From Mobula hypostoma (Eukaryota), in assembly GCF_963921235.1 (NCBI RefSeq), contig NC_086108.1, positions 29,328,001 through 29,392,000 on the forward strand: a stretch of 64,000 bases of DNA. Direction: 5' to 3'. Positions 25,455-36,929 of the stretch are shown here, in pieces. Each line of letters starts with the position of its first letter. Positions within the stretch are counted from its first letter, which is position 1. The notes under the pieces are model-generated. The model worked only from the letters and a program-made list of their open reading frames with translations, was not told the origin of the DNA and ran no database searches. A program made the translations under genes and the position numbers.

Positions 25455-26991
25455 CAATCATGGCTTGGCTTCGCGAACGAAGATTTAGGAAGGGGGCCGC
25501 CCACACCGCGAAAAATCCTAGCAAGAGTACTCCTGAACAGATTGGGGCCCATCATTGCAGAAGAACACCTCCCAGAGAGCCAGTGTGGCTTCAGAGCCAA
25601 CAGGAGCACCACTGACATGGTATTTGTTCTCAGGCAGCTCCGAGAGAAATGTAGGGAACAGAACAAGGGATTGTACGTGATGTTTGTCGACCTTACCAAA
25701 GCATTCGACACCGTGAGCAGGGAAGGTCTGTGCAAATCATGGAATGACTGGGATGCCCCCAAAAGTTCCTCAGCATGGTCATCCAGCTACATGAAGATCA
25801 GAGTGGCCAAGTCAGACACAACAACGACCTCTCCGAACCCTTCCCAATAGACAATGGAGTAAAGCAAGGCTGCATCCTCGCGCCGACTCTCTTCACCCTC
25901 TTCTTCAGCATGATGCTTGAAAGGGCCACAGAAGACTTTGATGCCAAGGACGGTGTCTACATCCAACACCGCACCAATGGCAGCCTGTTCAACCTGAGGC
26001 GAATACAGTCTCACACCAAGACACTGGAGCAACTCATCCGAGAGCTGCTCTTCGCCGACCATGCTGCCCTTGTTGCCCACATGGAGACAGCCCTGCAGCG
26101 TATAATATCCTGCTTCGCAGAGGCTGCCAAGCTCTTCGGACTGGAAGTCAGCTTGAAGAAGATAGAAGTTCTCCATCAGCTCACACCTCAGGAAGATTAC
26201 CACCCTCCCCGCATCACCATCTGTGAGGTAGAGCTGAAGACAGTCCATCAGTTCAGCTACCTGGGCTGTACCATCTTGTCAGATGCCAAGATCGACAAGG
26301 AGATTGTCAACAGACTGGCAAAGGCAAATAGCGTATTCGCTGGCTGTACAAGAGAGTCTGGAACAACAAGCATTTGAAGAAAGGCACAAAGACAGTGTGT
26401 ACTGAGCCGTTGTACTGACCACCCTCCTGTACAGCTGAGTCGTGGGTCACCTACCATCACCACCTACGACTCCTTGAGCATTTCCACCAGCGCTGCCTCC
26501 ACACCATCCTCAACATCCACTGGAGTGACCTCGTCACCAACATCGACGTCCTCGAACAGGTGGAGGTCACCAGCATCGAGGCCATGCTATTGAAGATGCA
26601 GCTGCGCTGGGCAGGGCACATCTCCAGGATGGAGGATCATTGCCTGCCCAAGATTGTGCTGTATGGCGAACTCCCTGCTTGCCACCATGACAGAGGGGCA
26701 CCGAAGAAGAGGTACAAGGACTCTCTGAAGAAATCACTTGGTGCCTGTCACATTGACCATCGCCGGTGGTCTAATCTAGCCTCCGACTGCGAGGCCTGGC
26801 GACACACCATTTACCAGTCTGTCTCCTCCTTCGAGAACGCACGCAGGGCTGGCATTGAGGACAAAAGGAGAAGGAGGAAGAACCGTGACACAGCAGCACC
26901 AAACCCAGAACAGAATTTCCCTTGCAGCCGCTGTGGCCGGAACTGCCTGTCCTGTATTGGCCTCGTCAGCGACCAGCGAGTCTACAGCAGA
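25455..26991. mobile_element. RTE (BovB-like) LINE with inversion: body 25511-26991 on plus, terminal 56 bp at 25455-25510 on minus
   Basis: LPESQCGFRANRSTTDMVF, FVDLTKAFDTV, GVKQGCILAPTLF, LLFADH, QLRWAGH, terminal C2H2-like CSRCGR; 7-bp TSD ccaatgt at 25448-25454 and 26992-26998. Confidence 0.9.
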
Positions 26992-27165
26992 CCAATGTAT
27001 AAATTGGTCTAAACAGCAGATTGTACCTTGCACTAGGACCCAGCTACTGCGAAGGGCTCGGGGCCTAGACCATGCTGCCCAGTGACTTGCTCCAGGCCCA
27101 GATTTTGCCGCCTGGCTCAAAGCCGCTCTCAAGCTCTTCAAATCAGCTTGGCACCTACAGCATTT

Positions 27166-27935
27166 CAACCTTGCACTCGGGCAGTTGTATGGCCATCAAA
27201 TATCCTCTGCCCAGACCCCAATTTCTCCTCTCACCACTCAGAGCGATCCAACCTTGCACTCGGGCAGTTGTATGGCCATCAAATATCCTCTGCCCAGACC
27301 CCAATTTCTCCTCTCACCACTCAGAGCGATCCAACCTCGCACTCGGGCAGTTGTATGGCCATCAAATATCCTCTGCCCAGACCCCAATTTCTCCTCTCAC
27401 CACTCAGAGCGATCCAACCTCGCACCCGGGCAGTTGTATGGCCATCAAATATCCTCTGCCCAGACCCCAATTTCTCCTCTCACCACTCAGAGCGATCCAA
27501 CCTCGCACCCGGGCAGTTGTATGGCCATCAAATATCCTCTGCCCAGACCCCAATTTCTCCTCTCACCACTCAGAGCGATCCAACCTTGCACTCGGGCAGT
27601 TGTATGGCCATCAAATATCCTCTGCCCAGACCCCAATTTCTCCTCTCACCACTCAGAGCGATCGAACCTTGCACTCGGGCAGTTGTATGGCCATCAAATA
27701 TCCTCTGCCCAGACCCCAATTTCTCCTCTCACCACTCAGAGCGATCCAACCTCGCACCCGGGCAGTTGTATGGCCATCAAATATCCTCTGCCCAGACCCC
27801 AATTTCTCCTCTCACCACTCAGAGCGATCGAACCTTGCACTCGGGCAGTTGTATGGCCATCAAATATCCTCTGCCCAGACCCCAATTTCTCCTCTCACCA
27901 CTCAGAGCGATCCAACCTCGCACCCGGGCAGTTGT
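27166..27935. repeat. 83-bp minisatellite, 9 full units plus a partial
   Basis: Unit caaccttgcactcgggcagttgtatggccatcaaatatcctctgcccagaccccaatttctcctctcaccactcagagcgatc with period 83 (27171, 27254 ... 27918). Confidence 0.97.
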
Positions 27936-28871
27936 TCAGGCATCGGAACTCCATCTGCAACCATTTTGCAACACACCGTCTCGGCTCATCCCCCAAACTT
28001 GCCCCTTCACCGTTTGCAGTGATAATTTAACACAATTTACCTCTGAAAAGGTATTTTTGGTGATGCTTTTAGTTGGATTTCTTAACCTTTTAACTATTAG
28101 AGAGCTGTCACGCATGTTCAGTAACCAGAAACTGAATGAAGATCAGAATGACTCTGCACTTAGTGATAACCCTGCAGAACATTGCCCTCTCCGTAATAAA
28201 CTGCACCCATTGCGAAAGTGCTGTGGCTTTAGATGAAAAAACTACTGACAAACAAAAGGCTTACCTGAAAGAGCAACAGATTTGCTTCAAATGGCGCTCT
28301 TCATCAACACATCTCACATGTAGCTGCAAGGCCACATTAAAGTGTGATGAGTGAATGACAACAGTCATGTTACAGCCCTACATCCTGCTCCCCCTCATTG
28401 GGCATCCAAGATTTTAGATGGCATTTCAAAGCATGGCAGGGAGGAAGAGGAAGAAACTTTGCCACTTGTGAGCTCTTTCTGCACAGAAGTTTGTAACAGC
28501 AATTTAGACACTAAATTCTGCTTAGTTTGCTGAGAAAAAAATGTATCCAAAAGGGCAATGAGAGAATGCTTTCAAAATGTAGGCTACGTTAAGTGAGCAG
28601 AGTGACATATGCTTAGCCTAGTCAGAGTTCTTTGATCTGTTTTGCACCCATGGTGATTCACCATCCTACATTTTAAAGATCTGTGCGGGTATAATGAAGA
28701 GATCAGGTAGAAGAGTCACGCATTATCTGATTGAAGCATGGAATATTGGCATTGCTCTTACACTTCCAACACTAACTAAGTCTAGTAGATATCCCAGACA
28801 ATTGCAAAGAAGTATTCACTCATGAGGCTGGTCTATCACACCCACTTTTAGATGATGAAGCCTAAATCATT

Positions 28872-29250
28872 AACGCGAGGAAGTCTGCAGAAGGTGGAAA
28901 TCCAAAGCAACATGCTCAAAATGCTCAGGGAACTCAACAGGCCTGGCAATGTCTATGCAGATGAATAGATAGTCGACATTGCAGGCTGAGACTCTTCTTC
29001 AGGAATTTTGTTACTCTTTCCACAGACTTGCCGAGTGTTCCCATCATTTTTAAAAATATTACATCCCTGGCTTCATCTATCACCTTCTAGCTTGTCCTCT
29101 CTCCTTCTCCTACCCCACCTTTTTATTCTGGCATCCTCCCCCATCCTTTCCAGTCCTGAAGAAGGGTCTTGGCCTGAAACGTCGACTATTTATTCATTTC
29201 CATAGATGCTGCCTGATCTGCTGAGTTCCTCCAGCAGTGAGTGTGTGTTG
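28872..29250. mobile_element. PLE-derived element with inverted termini
   Basis: Minus terminus about 28872-29005 and plus terminus about 29060-29250, each carrying the hammerhead-like motif (left one degenerate). Confidence 0.75.
29152..29187 (+). ncRNA. Minimal type I hammerhead ribozyme motif
   Basis: AGUC-CUGAAGA-A-GGGUCUUGGCCU-GAAACGUC-GACU: stem I AGUC/GACU, core boxes, palindromic ACGU stem III. Confidence 0.7.
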
Positions 29251-31782
29251 ATAAGTCCCAGATCCTACTTCTGCCTGCAAGAAATATCCTCACAGCACAT
29301 TAACAGTCCTGGCAATCCACCCTTCACACAGAAGCTGGACCTAGGATGGGTCCTTGTGGGTGATAGGTGTTTGAGGAACATCCACGGGCCTACCGTTCAC
29401 AGCTTTGAGAGAAGCATTCTGGAAAGTGAGAGGCCTTCACTGTGCAGCTCTTGGTAGACTCTAGTTCACAGTCTCAACGTGGTTTCTCGCAAAGTGTCAG
29501 TATCAACAGAATATGTCAGAATAACCTGCCTCCTGATGTAGATGTGACAGACACTGCACTTAGACAGAGAGAAGAATTAGAGATCTGCAATTTCTCTAGC
29601 CAATGCCAAAAGAGAAGACTGGTGCACTGGCTCAGTTTGATTAAAATAATTATGCAAGTGTCGTCGTTATTGTTGATCACCCATTAACAGCAGAGGAGGA
29701 GCAGCTGTCTGTGTCAGCTGTCCATGAGAGCTTTATAGAAGTTATCTCAAAGAAGCACTGTCATTGCCTCGAAGAAGAATGTAGGAAGATAGAGCAAATT
29801 GTGCAGGCACCTGGGAATGGTTAGAATGAGAAGAACAGGACATCTTCTTCCAAGATTCTTCCTTGTTTTGTTAAAAAGCATGCAGATCTGAGCAGCTCAG
29901 AGAGGAACTCTTTTATTTTGCCGAGCAAGAGCAAGCACCATGTCTCCATGTTGCTCATACATCACTATCATGAACAGGTGGGACATCAAGCACGCATCTC
30001 CACAGAAGTGTTTGCAAAGTAGAACTCAAGGTGACAAAGAAGGGGCTGAGCAAGAAGTTCTTCAGGCCTGCGTCTGAGACTGTTCTCCTTTTGAAAAAAT
30101 AGGGTTGACATCAACTGTTTGTGACATCTTTATAAACACCAGAGAGGAAGTGCTCAGGCTTTTATTTTGAAATATTGTGCTGCCGACTTTTCCTGGTACT
30201 TTGCCAGTTTTAATCTTACTCAATTGTGTATGTCCCAAATAAAGCACCTGGAGTTTGGACACTATATCTTGATTCCCATGTTCAGTTGAGTGGAGTACAG
30301 CTTCATTTTTCCCAGCATTATATTTGGAGGAAACATCTGCTCCTCCAGCATTGTGGGTCAAACAAACAGGTTGAGAAATTTGAGACTGTGGTGAGATCAA
30401 AAAGTGATGCACTGAAGTTTGATTCCATTGGATTCCTCTGGGATCCATCCTTGGATAGCCCAGCATTCTACCCCTCAGAAGTAAAGCTGTACCATGAGAG
30501 AAGCAAGAGAGAGCAATTCAGAGCGAAGAAATATCTGTAAAAGTATAAGAGGAAGGTCAGGGAAAGGAGATTATCCACTCCCTCACTTGCTAAGACTTAA
30601 ATGTATAGTCATTTATTGACATGGAAGTACTCAACATTACAAATGTTGACAGCAGGTATTTCGAGTAGGTGATGGAAGCATTGAGAATCATTGTGTCATA
30701 CAGACATACAGCATGGTAGCAGACCTGTTGACCCATCAAGTCCATGCTAACCATCAAGCAACATTTACACTAATCCTTCAATATATTCTATTCTTTTTTA
30801 TTCTCCGAATATTCTTACAGTTAAAGCTGAAATACAGAGTCCTAAACTGCCCCCACCCCGCCATCCTCCTGGCTACTGCACAATCTGGAAAATAGAATTG
30901 AAGACCTCAGAGCAAGACTGCAGTGGCAGAAGGATATCATGGACTGCTGTGGACTCTGCTTTACAGAGACATGGCAAAATGGCTCATCCCTGGCATTACA
31001 GGCACAGAGCTTCGCTTGGACAAGACACTGGTGTCAGGTAAAGGTAGAAGCAGGGGTGTTTGCTTCATGATTAACTCAATGTGGTGAACCCCCTGACTTG
31101 GAACATCTGATGGTCAAGTGTCATCTATTCTATCTGCTGTGGGAGTTCTCCAATGTCTTCCTGGTTGTATTGTACATTCAATGACATGCTGGCACTGGAG
31201 TAGCTGAGCACTGTGATCAACAGTCATGAGATAGTGCACCCTGATGCCTTCCTGATCATTGAGGGGGACGTCATCCAGGTCACCATGAAGATGTCTCTGA
31301 CAAGCTACCACCAACAAACTTGATCACAGTTACCCCACCATCAAGAATGTTTACGGTGCCATCCCACTCTTGCACTTTGACAAGTCCGGTCACCAGGCTG
31401 TACTTCTGTTCCCAGCGTAGAGGGAGAGCAGGCGACTGCAGCACAAGTGAAGAGGATGGTGAAGGTAGGGTCAAGGGAGCCGGGGGAGTGCTCTCAGAAC
31501 TGAATCATTGTAGTCAACTGTATTCAGGGATTCATCTTCAAATCTGAATGAATTTGCCACAGTCGTCACTGAATTCATGAAGACCTGCCCGGATGAGTGC
31601 AAGCCTCCAAGAACGTACCAATGATACCCGAACCAGAAGCCCTGATGAACCAGGAGATTTGAAGCCTGCTGAGGGTTATATCTATGGTATTTACGATCGG
31701 CAATCTCAAGAAGTCCATGAATAATGTAAGGAAGGCGATCGTGAGAGCAAAAAGGTAATTTTGTGTTTAGTTAGAAACACAA

Positions 31783-32356
31783 GTAGTTCCTTAAGGTTGT
31801 TATAGCTGGAGATGTTACTGGGGATAAGCTCCCATTACCTATTAAATGCTACCAATGGCATGCACCTCAAATAGCCTCTGATAACCTGGCCTCCACATCT
31901 GGCTTAGCTACTGTCTGTGGAACCATTTTTACTGGCAGGAGAAGGGGCAAAGACAGGTTACTGGCACCTTAAAACCAGTCGCTTCAGGAAGATGGGGCTC
32001 GTCAGTTTGGTAGGCAGGTCATCTTGGAGAAGGAAAACTCTGATCTCAAATCTCTGCTGCCTTGCGTCTATACCCACTCATCAGGAAGGCTTAGGGAGTA
32101 AATCCAGAGGGAAAAATCTGGAGCTGGAGTCCCTAATGCAGTCCTATGTTGAGTTCCACGTTGACTGGCAACTCTTGCGACGCTGCTGGAGTCCAACTGT
32201 ATCCATCTCTGTCATTCCTTTGGGTTCATCAGATGTGTGGAGAGGAGTAGCTTGCTACATGGGCAACTGCTTGTTCGCCATATTGTGCTGCCCTGGCTTT
32301 AATATCTAAACAGCTAGGACCCAACATCATGGCTGACCCTGCCAACCAAGCTTCAG
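31783..32356 (+). mobile_element. Non-autonomous RTE-derived element
   Basis: 10-bp TSD agaaacacaa at 31773-31782 and 32357-32366; homologous to 2547-3122. Confidence 0.7.
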
Positions 32357-33117
32357 AGAAACACAATCATGGCAGGGTTTACATGCCGTTACTTCCTATG
32401 AGGCGAAACTTAACATCATAAATGGCTGTGATACTTAACTCAATCCCTTTTATGCACACTTGTAAAATAGAATTACAATAAGCTCAATCCCTTTTATGCA
32501 CACATGAAAGATAGAATTACAGACCATTGCAAACCTCCGCAGCATCCGGCAATCCAACTGCTTCAAAATGGCATCAATCATACCAGTGCTCCAGAAGCAC
32601 AGAACTTCGAGAGCTACCTCAATGACTATCGCTCATAGCTCTCATATCTACTGTCTTGAAGTGCTTGGAGAGAATGGCCATTGCTGAAGTTAAGTCTGGC
32701 CTGAGCAAGGACCTCGACCCGCTGTAATTTGCCTACAATTTACAAAATGCAGTGGATACAGTCCCACTGGGTCTCCATTTGGCTTTGGTGCACCTGGACA
32801 ACAGCAATACTTACATCCAGGGGTGCAGTGCTGCTGGAGCTCACTGGAGCACCGCTCCGGCACCTCTGTAAAAAGAAAAGTCAAAATAAACAAGCGGGGA
32901 ATTTAACAGCGGCCGCATATTAAATAGAGGGAATTTTACTGAAGCAGGGGTTGGGGAGAAGGGCTGGTGGCTGGTGGGGAAAATACCACTAATAACATTA
33001 GGATATTTGATCATTTTTGGTGAAATCCTGGAGCTGTGACTGTTTTTGACCCGTTGTTGTCCCAGCATACCCTGCTGTAGCCTCCCGCCATTTCACAGAT
33101 CCTCAGTCTCTCTCCAG

Positions 33118-33540
33118 CACTCATTGTTTGCCGAGAAAATAAAAATCTTAGATCTTTTGAAAAGTGGCACGTCGCTTGCCGAAGTGGGCCGTAAGGTTGG
33201 TGAGAACGAATTGAGCATTCGCACAATAAAGCAGAAAGAAGCTGAAATTCATGCAAGTGTTACTGCTACCCCTACAACGGCAAAAATAGTCTCTCTGGTT
33301 CGTGATAAAGTGCTTGCAAAGACTGACAAAGCATTAAGTGTGTGGCTAGAGGACATGTCACAGAAGTATATCCCTGTTGATGGCAAAATTATGCGTGAGA
33401 AAGCACTTAGTCTCTATGAGCACTACTGTGATGGGGTTAAGGAGAGCGAGAGGAAGGAGTTTAAGGCTAGTACGGAATGGCTGGCTAGCTATGTAAAGCG
33501 CTACAGTCTCAAGAACTTAAATATCACGGGAGAATCAGCA
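33118..33540 (+). pseudogene. Tigger/pogo transposase N-terminal DNA-binding region (psq-type HTH + CENP-B HTH)
   Basis: EKIKILDLLKSG.S.AEVGR...SIRTIK...KALSVWLED..QK.IPVDGKIMREKALSLY...FKAS.EWL...KRYSLKN.NITGESA. Confidence 0.85.
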
Positions 33541-35300
33541 TGGTAGATGTACCAAGTATCCTATTATGGAGCCAATCGAAGTACACGCTTGAAGTCTCTC
33601 AGAAAAAAAAATTGTTGAACACAAACTATTAAAAGCTCACACTGCTGCTCTAAGTGTTAAAAATATAGCTATCAAAGATGCTCTTGGAAAATTATGTGAC
33701 ACCACGAATGCTTCGCATCTAAAGGCAACTTGTTCAATTTTTCGTTCTGCATATTATTTAGCTCAGAATGACAGACAATACTGTGATCACGTTGGCTTAT
33801 TGGAACTTAAAAAAAATGGTATTGACATTGGAATTGGACTGCATTCCGGCACTAGTGCTACGGAGATAATCACATAGCCATTAATATGAGAAAGAAAATT
33901 TGAAAGCATATCAAGCAGATAAATGGCAAATTTTCTGTTCTCATTGATGAATCAACAAGCCTGAGCGTTAAGACTGTCCTAATAGTTTATTTGAAATGTG
34001 GAAGTGATAAGGAAGGTGATCCCCATTTTATGTTTTTAGATCTAATTGAACTGCCTGATCAGAAAGCTGCAACTATTGCTAAGCATCTATTGAACTGTCT
34101 CAATAACTATGGGTTTGATTACTCTTACTTGAAACAGAACCTTGTAGCATTTGCTAGTGATGGGGCGAGCGTAATGCTCAGTGTCAAATCTGGTGTTGCC
34201 ACAATTCTAAAGGAACATTACCCTGATGTGATAATTTGGTACTGTCTTAGTCACAGATTAGAACTTGATTCGGTGAGAGAAGTTAATGGAATAAATTATT
34301 TTCAATCATTTATGGACAAATTGTACTTGTTTACAGTAGATACCTCTAAATCAAAAGGAACTGTCTGAATGTGCCTCTCAACTAGAACAACAAATTTGCA
34401 ATATAGGTCGTGTTCTGGGCACCAGGTGGGTAGCTAGCTCGTTTCCAACAGTTCCAGCAGTCTGGCAAAATTATGAAGCACTGTGTTTTCATCTTGAAAA
34501 AGCCATGAAGGATGAAACAAGATCTGGGAGTGACAGAAAACCCTATGAAGGACTGTTGAAAAGACTCTCTTCAGAACAGTTTCTATTGGACTTAGCTGTA
34601 ATGTATGACACTTGGTTTACTGTCAGAGTGTTTACAGAAACGCACTACTACGATTCTTTATGCAGACAAACTGATCCAGCGGAGCATAAGATCACTGCAC
34701 AGACTGAAAGAGCAACCTGGTACAAAAACTCTAGAAGCTCAAGAGGCAGTTGAAAAGGGGAAGTTTGGAGAAATTACCTTAGCAAGCAATAACAAAATTG
34801 TCTCCATTAATTATCTACAGTTTCTTACTAGTCTTATAAACAATTTGCAGCACTGTATATTCATGGCAACATCCTTGAAAGGTTCTCAAACTTCTAAACC
34901 TCAAAGTATGTATAAATCCCTGCTAAATGAAATGTGTGTCCTTGATAAAGATAACTGGCCTGCTGAAATATCGCCTAATTATGGAGAAGCTGCAATATCA
35001 TCTCCCTGTAAGAGGTTTAAGCTTTCCTCTTCCTCTGTAATAAATGCCTTCAGTGGATCGTGAATGCCGCATCCCCCAAGATTTACGCCCATTACTGAGC
35101 TGTTCACAAGTTATTCCTATTAGTACTGCTGAGTGTGAGAGAGGATTCAGTCACATGAACTTTATAATAACAACAACATGCTCAAGGATTCTCATAGATC
35201 ATGTAGCAGCACTTACGTTTGTTAAACTACATGGACCTGCTTTTGCTCAGTGGAACCCTGAGCCGTATGTCACATCATGGTTCGGTACCACAGATCAGCA
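33541..35300 (+). pseudogene. hAT transposase (KIAA1586/ZNF862-like), disrupted
   Basis: SLRKKIVEH, FSVLIDEST, FASDGASVML, WYCLSHRLEL, GTRW, C-terminal dimerisation VIPISTAECERGFS; several stops and frameshifts. Confidence 0.88.
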
Positions 35301-35684
35301 GACAACACCAGGACAAGGGTTGCTGCAGACCCCCGAATACATATTACACCTGACTCTTTGTGGAAATTATTGTGAAACTTCTCATTGGTGGCATTTGGTA
35401 AGTAGGTAATTACTTTTAAATTGGTAAAATACATGATTACCGTCTTTTTCTTTACTTGCTTGATAATTATAATTTATGATAATTAGTGAGTTCAACCATG
35501 CAATACTTTATCATAATATTAAATTAAGTATTATATTTTTTATTGTACCAGTTATACACTGAAATTTAGTGATCGGCTATAATCTTGTTAATGTCTTAAC
35601 TCTCACTATGTTTCTGTGGAGCTTTGGAGTTCAGATATTTCTTTCATCTTGGTTTAGTGCTTGACATTATAAGAGGCCCTATTC

Positions 35685-35796
35685 ATATATATATGTCACA
35701 CCCTATTTGTGTACCTGCTCGTTACATGAATGGGGCAAGGAAGTTGTCCAGTACATGAAATGAGCAGGTACACAAATTGGGTGTGACATATATATA
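35685..35796. repeat. About 110-bp imperfect palindrome in a (TA)n context (MITE-like)
   Basis: atatatgtcacaccctatttgtgtacctgctc ... gagcaggtacacaaattgggtgtgacatatat. Confidence 0.85.
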
Positions 35797-36929
35797 GAGA
35801 GGATATAGGAAATGGCAAGCATTTTGTCAGTTCCGGCACCTAAAAAATTAGCACTGCACCCCTGCTTACATCAGGCTGCTGTTTACTGATTACAGCTCAG
35901 CGTTCAACACTATCATACCCTCAGTACTAATCAACAAACTTCAAAATCTGGGCCTCTGTACCTCCCTCTGCAACTGGATCCTTGACTTCACTATCAGTAG
36001 ACCACAGTAAGTGCAGATCGGGAATAACATCTCTTTGCTGACTATCACCACAGGTGCACCTCAATGGTGCATGCTTAGCCCACTGCTCTACTGTCTCTAC
36101 ACTCATGACTATGTGATTAGGCACAGCTCAAACACTATCTATAAATTTGCCACTGTCATTGGCAGAATCGCGAATGGAAATAAGGAAGCAAACAGGACTG
36201 AGATAGATTGGATTGTTGGCATTGCAACAATAGACTTGCACTCAACGTCAGCAAGACCAATGAATTGATTGTAGACTGCAGGAAGGGGAAGCCAGAAGAA
36301 CACATGCCAGTCCTAATTGAGAAGTCAGTGGTGGAAAGAATGAGCAGCTTTAAATTCCTGGGGGAAAGCATCTATACCGGGCCCAGAACATTGATGGTTT
36401 GGTGTGTCACCAAAGACCCTTGCAAATTTCTACAGATGTACAGTGGAGAGCATTCTGACTGGTTGCACCACACCTAGTATAGAAGCTCCAATGCACAGGA
36501 TAAAAGAAGCTTACAAAGGGTGTAGGCTCAGCCAGCTCCATCATGGGCACAACCTTCCCCACTATCAAAAGCATCTTCAAAAGCACGCCTCAAGAAGGTG
36601 GCCTCCATCATTAATGACCCTCATCATCTGGCACATACCATTTTCCCATCCCTACCATTGAGGGGCAGAGGGTACAGGAGCCTGAAAACCCACAATCATC
36701 ATCTTAGGAACAGTTTCTTCCCCTCCACCATCAGATTTCTGAACAGTCCATGAACCCATGAACACTACCTCACGATTTCACTTTTGTACTATTTATATTT
36801 TGTAATTTATAGTCGTTTCTATGCCTTGCAATCCACTGCTGCCACAGTAACAAACCTCACGGCATAGAAATCTGATTCAGATCAAATCCCCATAGGTTTT
36901 ATGACTGATTTCCAACAGGGGCAATATTT

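Larger units (their letters stand above)
28135..30010 (+). mobile_element. BEL/Pao relic continued (gag zinc knuckles, protease region, integrase Zn-finger), internally deleted and interrupted by a PLE element
   Basis: HCPLRNKLHPLRKC..KAYLKEQQICFK..CKATLKCDE..HVTALHP; SEFFDLF; TQKLDLGWVLVGDRCL; HHVSMLLIHHYHEQVGHQ. Confidence 0.7.
32818..35864 (+). mobile_element. hAT DNA transposon with both ends intact
   Basis: Perfect 15-bp TIRs caggggtgcagtgct / agcactgcacccctg; perfect 8-bp TSD cttacatc at 32810-32817 and 35865-35872; subterminal tccggcacct at both ends. Confidence 0.95.
30860..36880 (+). mobile_element. Degenerate Rex1/Babar LINE hosting nested RTE-derived and hAT insertions
   Basis: APE LCFTETW near 30955; [27 protein letters not shown] continuous across the hAT; TTGAPQWCMLSPLLY; LANFYRCTVESILTGC; FFPSTIRFLN. 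Confidence 0.8.

Noticed and set aside
27166..27935. CRISPR-like array
   Set aside because: Contiguous near-identical units with no unique spacers, no cas genes, and a eukaryotic context
27072..28236. Three long overlapping ORFs (281-384 aa) as protein-coding genes
   Set aside because: Explained by a stop-free 83-bp tandem unit; no domain or exon signals. The tail of the 384-aa ORF simply runs into BEL gag.
31860..31960. HDV-like ribozyme at the 5' end of the RTE-derived element
   Set aside because: Could not place P1', P3' and P1.1 in the required order; kept only as an unspecified structured candidate
32438..32521. About 44-bp tandem duplication
   Set aside because: Simple local duplication in a decayed LINE with no sign of function
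33046..35409. Domesticated host gene (TIGD, KIAA1586 or ZNF862)
   Set aside because: Multiple stops and frameshifts, bounded by TIRs and a TSD, and inserted inside a LINE
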